From an uncultured Verrucomicrobia subdivision 3 bacterium (GTDB lineage: Bacteria; Verrucomicrobiota; Verrucomicrobiia; Limisphaerales; UBA11358): 63,431 nucleotides of DNA. The notes under the pieces were generated by a model. The model ran no database searches. It had not been told where the DNA came from and saw only the letters and a list, made by a program, of their open reading frames with translations. The DNA is taken from assembly GCA_903911825.1 (NCBI GenBank), contig CAIWFB010000050.1, forward strand, positions 1 through 63,431, given 5' to 3'. How positions within the stretch are numbered: the first letter of the stretch is position 1; each line of letters begins with the position of its first letter. Below are positions 1 through 8,137 of the stretch, one piece after another. The position numbers and the translations under genes were made by a program.

Positions 1-50
1 CTCGCGGGAAGCACTTCTAAGCCGATTACAACCACCTTTTTGCCAGTGGT

Positions 51-524
51 TTAGACCGGTTTAGGCGTGACTTTTGCCTTGGAACGACCGGGATAGCGGC
101 TGGCGAGGTCGGTGTGGATATCCTCGGCGTTGGGGCGACCGCGTTTGGCAGCTTCATCAGTGTTATTGTAGTAGCCGAGATTGGCCATCATGATCTCGTT
201 GCCTATGACGTTGAAAGTGTCCGTCATCTTCGCCGCGAGCAGGCTGGACTGGGGCATGAATTTCAGAAATTGATCGCGGGCGGCGCGGTCTTTCAGCACC
301 TCGGCGATGGCGATGTAGCTGGGGATGAATTCCGGATGGCTCGTCATGTAGCCCGCGCATTTTTCATCGAAGCCCACCGTCTTCTCGCCGAGCATCACCG
401 AGGTATCGCCTGGGTCGCGGCTGATGAGGAAGGGCAGCAAAGCCTCGATGGCGGTGAGATGACCGAGGATGGCGGTGACGGTGGCGTCGGGAATGGTCAC
501 GGAGATTTGATTGTCAGCAGGCAT
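51..524 (-). CDS. Conserved hypothetical all-helical protein (157 aa)
   Basis: Clean ATG..TAA ORF. The pattern 'NQISVTI...LPFLI...MLGEK..GF..K...Y...HPEF.P...DT....GNE.M...L.YY.....AA..G...A..I..DL..RYP' resembles a widespread uncharacterised family I recall; function unknown. Confidence 0.8.
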   Translation of the reverse strand: MPADNQISVTIPDATVTAILGHLTAIEALLPFLISRDPGDTSVMLGEKTVGFDEKCAGYMTSHPEFIPSYIAIAEVLKDRAARDQFLKFMPQSSLLAAKMTDTFNVIGNEIMMANLGYYNNTDEAAKRGRPNAEDIHTDLASRYPGRSKAKVTPKPV

Positions 525-616
525 AATGAGTTGTTAGTTCGGTGGATGATTGACCGGCCCGCTGCGCCGACGGAACGCAACCAATGGCTTTCCGCCCACA
601 CCGGGTCGGTCATCAG

Positions 617-650
617 ATTTATGGCCACCGAACGGAAAACCGGACAAACT
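617..650 (-). promoter_or_regulatory. Putative ECF-type promoter (AGTTTGTCCG-N14-GGCCAT) upstream of the 157-aa gene
   Basis: 621-650 is 24/30 identical, with the same spacing, to 2297-2326 upstream of the ECF sigma gene. Confidence 0.6.
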
Positions 651-802
651 TTTTGAAATTATTTTGTCCTTCCGGACGGGCACCATGGGGGACGGGATGA
701 AACCGCGAAAGATGCCAACCACGCGAACCGGAACATTCTCAAGAGATGGCGTCGGGTAACAAATAGAAAATTACGCGCGCAGTATAAGAACCAAGTTCAC
801 AA

Positions 803-2287
803 TTAATAAAATCCGGTCACCACCCATCCGCCATTAGTTTCGACTAAAAACCACCTTTTTATTGTTTGGGAAATGTTATCTATTTGTTGAAGCGTTGAAT
901 CAGTGAATCTCGGCTCTGTGCCATGTTGTGTTTTCTCTCGTTCAATTATTGTTCCTATCAATGCTCTCTTTTGCCCGGAGTGATCATCGTTGATTGAAAT
1001 ATCAACTACCTGTATTCCCACAATTTTGTCCCAATAAGTTGTTGGCAAGCGAGTCAAGTTAGCAGCGAATTCATTGGTTGAAGACCCGCCAGATATTTCA
1101 GATATTCTGTTTTGATCCCCAAGTTTTTTGGCCGCTAAAAAAGTTCTCAAAGCGTCCAATGGTTCGCTTGTTCCGGTCTCTTTCCAGTCGTCGCGGCTCA
1201 TATACGGATTCTTTATTGGAGGGGCATTGGTGTAATTCCTCCACCAGCCAGTTAAATCAGCTACCTTAAAGCTTAATTTTTGATTCTCCTCTCTCAACCT
1301 TGCGAGTTCGTTGTCTTGGCTTTCTTGTGTTTTTACCTGCCCACGTAATTTTAATAATTCTAACTTGTTCTTATTGTTTTTGAGTAAATCGACATTCAGC
1401 CCAGCAATCAAATTTGTCGCTTTGGATAATTCCTCTTGCAACTGCTGCACTTGTCCCGCCAACGGCGCTTGCTGTTGCTGGAGAGTTTGCACTTCAGTGC
1501 GGGCTTTAGCGGCTTCTTTCGCTTCGTAAATTCCCAAGCCCACGCTCACGGTCAACGCGGCGGTCACGGCAAGTTTTTGGAGGGTAGTCATAATCAAAAC
1601 GGTGGTGGCGGTGGCTCCGGCAATTCCGGCGGCAGAAATGGTAGCGGCTAAACCCACGGGCGCGGCTTGGATGGCATGGCTCGCCACGGTGCTGGCGATC
1701 ACGGTGGTGGTCAGGGTGAGGCCGTGTTTCAGCAGGCGGGTGCGCAGTTTTTCCAGCGCGCGGGTCACGCGCTTTTGCGCGGCGTCTTCGTTCATCCGCA
1801 AGGCATCGGCCATTTCGCGGGCAGTTTTGTTCTCAAAAAAGCGCAGCACCAGCGCGGCGCGGTCGGTCTCGCCCAATTCATTCAGCGCGTCGTCCAGCCG
1901 GGGCGCGAGTTGTTGCCAGACTTCCGCCTCCGTCGGACTGCGGCGCGCGGAGTCGGCCTCGTTTTCCTGATTCAAAGTGGATTGCATGTAGGCCTCCTGT
2001 TCGCGGGCGGCGCGGCGGCGTTGTTGGCGCAACGCATCGGCAGCGGCGTAGCGGGTGGTGCGGTAAAGCCACGCGGAAAGGATGGTCCGGGGCCCGAGCG
2101 TGGCGGCTTTGCGGGCGAGGATGATGAAGACGGCCTGCGTGATCTCTTCGGCCAGATGTGCATCGCCGGTCTGCCGCAGCGCAGCAGAGTGCACGAGCCC
2201 GATGTGCCGTTCCACCAGCGTGGTGAACGCGGGTTCGGATTGGCGGGTGGCAAACTCGCGCACCAAGGTCAGGTCATCGGACATCAT
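803..2287 (-). CDS. ECF sigma-70 factor with TM segment, coiled coil and C-terminal extracytoplasmic extension
   Basis: Region 2 (AEEITQAVFIILARKA...AWLYRTT) and region 4 (LVLRFFENK...EDAAQKRVTRALEKLR), then hydrophobic segments, a heptad-rich stretch and an AT-rich C-terminal domain. Confidence 0.92.
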   Translation of the reverse strand: MMSDDLTLVREFATRQSEPAFTTLVERHIGLVHSAALRQTGDAHLAEEITQAVFIILARKAATLGPRTILSAWLYRTTRYAAADALRQQRRRAAREQEAYMQSTLNQENEADSARRSPTEAEVWQQLAPRLDDALNELGETDRAALVLRFFENKTAREMADALRMNEDAAQKRVTRALEKLRTRLLKHGLTLTTTVIASTVASHAIQAAPVGLAATISAAGIAGATATTVLIMTTLQKLAVTAALTVSVGLGIYEAKEAAKARTEVQTLQQQQAPLAGQVQQLQEELSKATNLIAGLNVDLLKNNKNKLELLKLRGQVKTQESQDNELARLREENQKLSFKVADLTGWWRNYTNAPPIKNPYMSRDDWKETGTSEPLDALRTFLAAKKLGDQNRISEISGGSSTNEFAANLTRLPTTYWDKIVGIQVVDISINDDHSGQKRALIGTIIEREKTQHGTEPRFTDSTLQQIDNISQTIKRWFLVETNGGWVVTGFY

Positions 2288-2292
2288 CCCTT

Positions 2293-2326
2293 ATACATGG
2301 CCGCAGAATGGGGAAACGGACAAACT
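2293..2326 (-). promoter_or_regulatory. Putative autoregulatory ECF promoter, probably giving a leaderless or near-leaderless transcript
   Basis: Minus strand reads AGTTTGTCCG tttccccattctgc GGCCATgtataaggg ATG; the same motif occurs at 621-650. Confidence 0.6.
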
Positions 2327-2340
2327 AATTTTTTAATTCA

Positions 2341-2412
2341 TGTAGCAGCCGACGTGAGTCGGCTCTGATTCAGCGTGGGGAATATTGGAGCGGACTCACG
2401 TCCGCTGCTACA
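2341..2412. repeat. GTAG-type REP doublet (REPIN/BIME-like)
   Basis: 25-bp arms 2341-2365 (tgtagcagccgacgtgagtcggctc) and 2388-2412 in inverted orientation, 23/25 identical. Each arm has an internal hairpin. Confidence 0.8.
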
Positions 2413-2417
2413 GGGGA

Positions 2418-5129
2418 TTAATTTTTCACGCGGAAACTGTATTCGCCGGAGCCGGTGGTGTAACTGGCGCGGCCATTTTCCCAGCGCAGGAACGTAGCAC
2501 CGCGCGGGGCTTGCACGGCGGCGGCACTAGCGGCGGGCACCACAATTTCCGCCGTGGTGTTGGCGGGAATTTCTACTTCCAGTTGGAAACGGTTTTTGCT
2601 GCGCTGCCATTTCACTTCGATCTCGCCGCGCAGAGATTTGTAGCAGGCTTTCACCCACGTGACATCGCCCACTGGCTGCGGCGCGATGCGGATTTTCTTA
2701 AAGCCGTTGTCGGCGGATTGGATGCCCGCGAGGTCGTGATAGAACCATTCCTCGATCTGGCCGAGCATGAAATGATTCTGCGAGGAACCGCCGTCCCACG
2801 CTTCGGTGAGGCTGGTCTTGCCCTTGGCGAGCTGCATGCCGTAGCCGGGTTTGTTGGTCTGGTTGTTGATGTCAAAGATCACATCGCTGCGTCCACCATC
2901 GGCGAGCGCGCGCAACACAAACCGATAACCCACGTCGCCGGCGGTGTTGGCGGTGTTGTTTTCACGGATGTCGCGCACGAGAGCGTCGAGCACGGCGGCG
3001 CGATTCCAGTTGTCGCAAATGCCAAAGGCTAGCGGGATGGCATTGGCGCACTGCGAGCCGGTCGCATAACTGTGATGGGTGGCGTCATAAAATTTTTCGT
3101 TGAACGCGGCGCGGATTTTTTCCGCGAGTTCGGAGAACTCTTTGGCATCCGCATCATGACCCAGCAACGCGGCGGCTTGGGCCATGACGTTGACATTCTC
3201 AAAATAAAACGCGGTGGCGGTCAGCGCGCGCGGCGTGAGTTGCGAGACGCCAGGTTTGTTGGGGCCGAGGTCATACCAATCGCCAAGGCCGTAATCCAAA
3301 ATATAATTGTTCGCGCGCGTGCCAAGGTAGGCGATGTAGGCTTGCATGGCGGCGTAATGGCGGCGGAACAATTCGAGGTCGCCGCTGAATTCGTATTGCT
3401 GCCACGGCACGAGGATGAACGCGGCGCTCCATTCGGGTGAATCACCGAAATTGTTGCGTGGGTGCGCAGCGTCAGTTTTGTCGGCAAAGATGGCATATTC
3501 CGGCGCGGTGGTGGGCACGAGGCCGTTGGTGAGCTGGGAATCCGCGATGTCGTTCATGACTTTGGTGAACAGTTGGTCGAGCGCGAATTCGTAGCGGATG
3601 CCGGGGCCGTTGAGGTGGGCTTGCTCCAGCCAGCCAAGTTTTTCGCGATGCGGACAATCGGTGAGCAGGCTGAGCATGTTGCTGCGCTGCGCCCAGCGGA
3701 CAAGTTTGCGCGTGCGATTGAAAAGGTCGTTGGAACATTCAAATTCGCCCACGGGCTCGGACGACGAATGCATCACGCGCGCGGCGACGGATTTTATTTT
3801 TGGCAATGGGTCGTTGGTGACCGCAGGCGTGAGGTGAATCTGGAAATAACGGCAGCCAACGAAATTAAATTTCGGCGACCAGGTTTCGATGCCATCCGTG
3901 CCTTTGGTGAATTCGCTCAAATAACCGCCGCGTTTTCCCGCGCCCATGGATTTCTGATCCACGCCGCCGTCAGGTCCGAGCAGTTCAGAGGGCATCACGC
4001 TGACTTCGCTGCCCGCCGCGCCAGCGACGGTGATCACTGGAACGTGCGAGGCGTTTTGGCCGAGGTCATAAACGACATCGCCATTCGTGAGTGTGTGGAT
4101 GGCTTTGCCTTGGTGCGTCTCGAAGAATTTCAACGGCGGCGCGGCGCAAGAGAGCCCGCGCAATTCGCCGCCAGGGCCATTGAGAAGAATTGCGGGCGAC
4201 CACTTTGAATCATCGAAGCCGGGTTTATTCCAGCAACATTGAATCAAGCGCGCATCCAAATCTTCGCCACCGTAAATGGTGTTGAAGGTGATGGGCCCAG
4301 CGGAAGTTTTCCACGAGCCATCCGTGACGATGAATTCCACCGAGCCATCGGCATATTCGAGGCGGATCTGCGCGATGGCTTGCTGTTGGCCGAACGAGCG
4401 CTTGAACTTGGTGAAGCGTCCGCTGCCGAGGGAATTATACATGCCGTTGCCGAGTTCGATGCCGATGGCGTTCTGCCCTCGCTGCAATTCGCGCGTGATG
4501 TCGTGCGTGTCGTAGAGACAGGTCGCGTCATACTTCGTCCAGCCGGGGGAAAGAAAATCGTCGCTAACTTTTTTGCCATTGAGCGTCAATTCGTATTGGC
4601 CGAGCCCGCAAATGTTGATGAGTGCGCGTTTGAGTCCGGGCTTGACGGTGAAATCACGGCGTAACAGCAGCGAGGAAATGTCTTTGTCCGCCGCGCCAAT
4701 CCATTGCGCATGCCAGTCGGCTTTAGTTAGCACGCCCATAGTCCATGAAGCGGGCTTGCTCCAAGCTGACGTGTTGCCGTCAGCGTCCCAGACGCGCACT
4801 TGCCAGAAAACTTGCTGCGCTGATTTCAGCGCGGAGCCGCCGTAAGCGATTTGGATATTCTCGTCAGAAATAATTTTCTCGCTGTCCCACAAGTCGCCCT
4901 GCGCGAGGCGTAAATTGTTTTCCGAGGAAGCAACGATGATCTGATACGCAGTTTGTTTCTGATCGCGGTCGCTGCGCGCAAATTTCCAGAAGAGTCGCGG
5001 GCTAGCGGAATCCACGCCAAGCGGGTTGAGGGCGTAGTCGCAGCGAAGTTCGATGGGCGTGAGGGCAGCGCGCGTGTTGATCGTCAGCGCCAAAACGGCG
5101 AGCCAGAGGAGGGCGATGGATTTCTTCAT
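2418..5129 (-). CDS. Alpha-L-rhamnosidase, GH78, secreted
   Basis: Signal peptide MKKSIALLWLAVLALTINTRA; LRCDYALNPLG; DLGQN; TDCPHREKLGW; SLTEAW; SQNHFMLG. ATG at 5129 preferred over the track start at 5168. Confidence 0.93.
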   Translation of the reverse strand: MKKSIALLWLAVLALTINTRAALTPIELRCDYALNPLGVDSASPRLFWKFARSDRDQKQTAYQIIVASSENNLRLAQGDLWDSEKIISDENIQIAYGGSALKSAQQVFWQVRVWDADGNTSAWSKPASWTMGVLTKADWHAQWIGAADKDISSLLLRRDFTVKPGLKRALINICGLGQYELTLNGKKVSDDFLSPGWTKYDATCLYDTHDITRELQRGQNAIGIELGNGMYNSLGSGRFTKFKRSFGQQQAIAQIRLEYADGSVEFIVTDGSWKTSAGPITFNTIYGGEDLDARLIQCCWNKPGFDDSKWSPAILLNGPGGELRGLSCAAPPLKFFETHQGKAIHTLTNGDVVYDLGQNASHVPVITVAGAAGSEVSVMPSELLGPDGGVDQKSMGAGKRGGYLSEFTKGTDGIETWSPKFNFVGCRYFQIHLTPAVTNDPLPKIKSVAARVMHSSSEPVGEFECSNDLFNRTRKLVRWAQRSNMLSLLTDCPHREKLGWLEQAHLNGPGIRYEFALDQLFTKVMNDIADSQLTNGLVPTTAPEYAIFADKTDAAHPRNNFGDSPEWSAAFILVPWQQYEFSGDLELFRRHYAAMQAYIAYLGTRANNYILDYGLGDWYDLGPNKPGVSQLTPRALTATAFYFENVNVMAQAAALLGHDADAKEFSELAEKIRAAFNEKFYDATHHSYATGSQCANAIPLAFGICDNWNRAAVLDALVRDIRENNTANTAGDVGYRFVLRALADGGRSDVIFDINNQTNKPGYGMQLAKGKTSLTEAWDGGSSQNHFMLGQIEEWFYHDLAGIQSADNGFKKIRIAPQPVGDVTWVKACYKSLRGEIEVKWQRSKNRFQLEVEIPANTTAEIVVPAASAAAVQAPRGATFLRWENGRASYTTGSGEYSFRVKN

Positions 5130-5203
5130 GGGAGCTTTGATTGAAGCAGGAAAGAGGCAGGTTGGCACGGCGGAAGTGCCGCCAATTCTGATGATGCAGC
5201 GTT

Positions 5204-7168
5204 TTATTTATCAGAAATACCCGCGCCCATCCGAGCGCGGAAATTTTGTTCCAATCCGGCAGCAGCTTTGATGGCTTCAGAAACTTGCGGCCCGTTATTC
5301 GTCCAGACATTGCCGGGGCCGTTAGCATTCTTCAGAAATTTTTCCGAGGGGCACCAGTTGTCGCGCACAGTGATGCCTGATGAACCTTCGTCGAGATACA
5401 GATAAAACCAATGGTTGGTATCGGGCACGAATGGGCTGATGTGGATATCGTGGACGGAATTTTCGCTGACGACAGTGCCGGGCTGGGCGGAGAGCGTGTA
5501 GATGCCCGCTGTGTCGCCGAGCCGTTGAGCGACGTGATGAATGTGATTCGCGTGAATCGAATTATCGCGCATACAGTTCGTGGCTTTCGTCCAGCCCCAG
5601 CCGACGCTGATGCCGGTGTAAGGCAGGTCAAACAGTTCGTTGTGGAGGATGGAAAGATTTCGCACATAACCGGCGGCAATGCCCACGCAGCCCCAATCTT
5701 CATTGCCGCAGTCGTGGATGAGATTGTTGGCGATCGTTTCGCGCAAGCAGATTTCGCGTTCGTCCACTGGATTGTAGGGCAGGTGGGTTTCTACATTTGT
5801 ATCGGAGAATTTGCCGAGTTGAATTCCGTTACCCGCGAGATCGCGGAACGTGCAGCCTTGCACCGCGTCGTCGTGCGTGTCGCTTTGAAAATCCAAACCA
5901 GCCGCGCCGAGGTGTTCAAATGTGCAATTTGTAAACGTGATGTTATTGGCATTTTTTACAGTGACCGCTGCCGGTGGACGCCCAATCCACGCCAGATTGT
6001 CCAAGCCCGCATGATACGCGGTGCCTTTGGGCGAAAGTTTTTTGGCGTCGAGCAGAAACATGCCCGCCTGCAACGGAACGTGGCCCTGCTCGGATGGCCG
6101 TAGCCAGGTGGTGTGCGCAAACGTGATGCCTTCAAAGTGGATATTAGTAGCAGGCTTGTCTGGCGTGCCCGCAATCTCCACCAGCGTTTCCAAAACCGGC
6201 GCGAAAACTTTGGCGCGGGTCATGTCTTCCTCAGCGCGCGGCCAGTAATAAATTTTCCCCGCGCGCGCATCCAAAAACCATTCGCCCGGCGAATCGAGCA
6301 ATTCGATGGCGTTGGCGAAGTAGAATGTTGCTTGGTAATTCGTCGTCACAATGACTGGTGGCCACGGGTGCGTAAATTCAATTTTGCTTTCCGGCTGTTT
6401 GAAGGTGACGCTGGCGTTCGCACCGTTGATCTGGAAAGATTTTACGCGCAGCACAGCAATCTCCCACACCTGATCAATGACCATTTCCAATTCGCGCGAT
6501 TTTTTAATGCCCGCGAGCGCGGCTGTTGGAATGGTAGCGGTTTGATGGGTTTTATCCCAAGCCACGAGGCGAAAGGGTTGCTCGCCATCAGGCGAACGAG
6601 CTCGCACCGCTTTGCGGTCATTTACCCAGAGCTGGCGAAAATTGAACGTTTGAAGGCCGTTTTTCGGCACCTCGGCCACCCAGACTTGTTTTTGGGCCAG
6701 TTTTGATAGGCCAGCGATGTGATTTGTGACGCCTGACCAGTTCCTGATTTCTTTTCCTCCGCTCCAAATGGGTTGCTGGCCTGCGCCAGCCTTGAGCGTT
6801 ATCGACGAACTGATTCCGCCTGGGAAAAATAGCGAGCCAGAAAGCGAATATGTTCCGCTGCCCAAAATGATATTCAATGGCTCAGGTGAATCCCGCAATT
6901 CTACAAGTGCTGACTGCATTTTTTGAGTCCAGTAGAAATCGGTGGGGGTCAATGCTAATTCACGAGCGGGAATTAATTGGCTACCAGCCAGGAAACTAAG
7001 CGATAGCTGGAGAAAGTATTTTACTACCCGCTTAGACCAATGACGAGGAGCGTGAATCGAGTTGGTAGCAAAGGTCATTGGTGTATGCGACATCTTCTGC
7101 CGCCGTTGGCCAACGGTCAACCCATATGGCACAATTCGCAAATAAATTGCTTCTTTTTGCATTATCAT
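5204..7168 (-). CDS. GH141-like right-handed beta-helix glycosidase (alpha-L-fucosidase type); true start probably downstream of 7168
   Basis: FRQLWVN..KAVRAR, PGEWFLD, TTWLRPSEQGHVPLQAGM, EDWGCVGI, PYTGISVGWGW, YLYLDEGSS, matching recalled GH141 (BT1002-like) motifs. Confidence 0.8.
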   Translation of the reverse strand: MIMQKEAIYLRIVPYGLTVGQRRQKMSHTPMTFATNSIHAPRHWSKRVVKYFLQLSLSFLAGSQLIPARELALTPTDFYWTQKMQSALVELRDSPEPLNIILGSGTYSLSGSLFFPGGISSSITLKAGAGQQPIWSGGKEIRNWSGVTNHIAGLSKLAQKQVWVAEVPKNGLQTFNFRQLWVNDRKAVRARSPDGEQPFRLVAWDKTHQTATIPTAALAGIKKSRELEMVIDQVWEIAVLRVKSFQINGANASVTFKQPESKIEFTHPWPPVIVTTNYQATFYFANAIELLDSPGEWFLDARAGKIYYWPRAEEDMTRAKVFAPVLETLVEIAGTPDKPATNIHFEGITFAHTTWLRPSEQGHVPLQAGMFLLDAKKLSPKGTAYHAGLDNLAWIGRPPAAVTVKNANNITFTNCTFEHLGAAGLDFQSDTHDDAVQGCTFRDLAGNGIQLGKFSDTNVETHLPYNPVDEREICLRETIANNLIHDCGNEDWGCVGIAAGYVRNLSILHNELFDLPYTGISVGWGWTKATNCMRDNSIHANHIHHVAQRLGDTAGIYTLSAQPGTVVSENSVHDIHISPFVPDTNHWFYLYLDEGSSGITVRDNWCPSEKFLKNANGPGNVWTNNGPQVSEAIKAAAGLEQNFRARMGAGISDK

Positions 7169-7216
7169 AAGTGAAATAGGTGTGCTAGTGTTTGACTACA
7201 CCATCTGTAAAAAGCA

Positions 7217-8047
7217 ATGCGCTCACAAAACGTCATTCCGTCCCGTCGCGTCTCCCGGTTTCAAGCCGGTTTCACTTTAATTGAACTCCTCGTGGTCATT
7301 GCGATCATAGCCATCTTGGCGGCAATGCTTCTGCCTGCTTTGAGCAAAGCCAAGGCCAAGGCTCAGGGGATTTCGTGTTTGAATAATTCTAAGCAAGTGG
7401 TTTTGGCGTGGATTATGTTCAGTGGTGATAATCAGGAGCAATTGATGGGTAATAGCAGCAGCGGCGCATTCGTGCCGAGTAAGGGGACTGATGGAAATTT
7501 TATGGGCTGGGCTAATGAGGATGCCAATACGAACACGTCGCTTTTGATCGGCACCAATGCGTTGATTGCTGATTATATCAAGTCTACGACCATATACAGC
7601 TGTCCGGGTGATAAGGATGCTGCTCAAAATGGTATTCGAGTGAAAACCATTTCCATGAATGCTGCTATGGGTGGCAGTCCGACGCTTCCTGCGGGGGCGG
7701 TGAATGGTAAAACATACATCGCCGCGAGAAAAACCATTGATTTGGTTCCCAGTCCTTCAATGATTTTTGTGACATTGGACGAGCAGGGTGATTGGATGGA
7801 TGACAGCACCTTTAACTTTAACCCTGGGTTGACATCGGGAGTTCAAGTTTTTCGGGAGGTTCCTGGGAGCTATCATGGTGGAGCTGGCAGTCTTTCTTTT
7901 GCTGATGGTCATGCTGAAATTAAGCGTTGGCGAGATACTCGCATTGTTTTGCCCGTGACCAAGACGCGCGGCCAACCGGCTGGGGCGATCAATGTTCGCA
8001 CAAGTGATGATTATGACTGGATGAATGATCGTATGCCGTATCGCTGA
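7217..8047 (+). CDS. Prepilin-type N-terminal cleavage/methylation protein with C-terminal H-X9-DG motif (DUF1559-like)
   Basis: G|[33 protein letters not shown] and [13 protein letters not shown]. Confidence 0.93.
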   Translation: MRSQNVIPSRRVSRFQAGFTLIELLVVIAIIAILAAMLLPALSKAKAKAQGISCLNNSKQVVLAWIMFSGDNQEQLMGNSSSGAFVPSKGTDGNFMGWANEDANTNTSLLIGTNALIADYIKSTTIYSCPGDKDAAQNGIRVKTISMNAAMGGSPTLPAGAVNGKTYIAARKTIDLVPSPSMIFVTLDEQGDWMDDSTFNFNPGLTSGVQVFREVPGSYHGGAGSLSFADGHAEIKRWRDTRIVLPVTKTRGQPAGAINVRTSDDYDWMNDRMPYR

Positions 8048-8137
8048 TAAGCAAATTTTCATACTTAATAAACCACTACTTCAATTCAGAACCGCCCAAA
8101 AAATCCCAACAATCAAACTCAAAACACGTTAAATCGT

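Noticed and set aside
7126-7145. Sigma54 promoter (tggcac...) in the divergent region
   Set aside because: The -12 GC is misplaced by two bases relative to TGGCAC-N5-TTGC.
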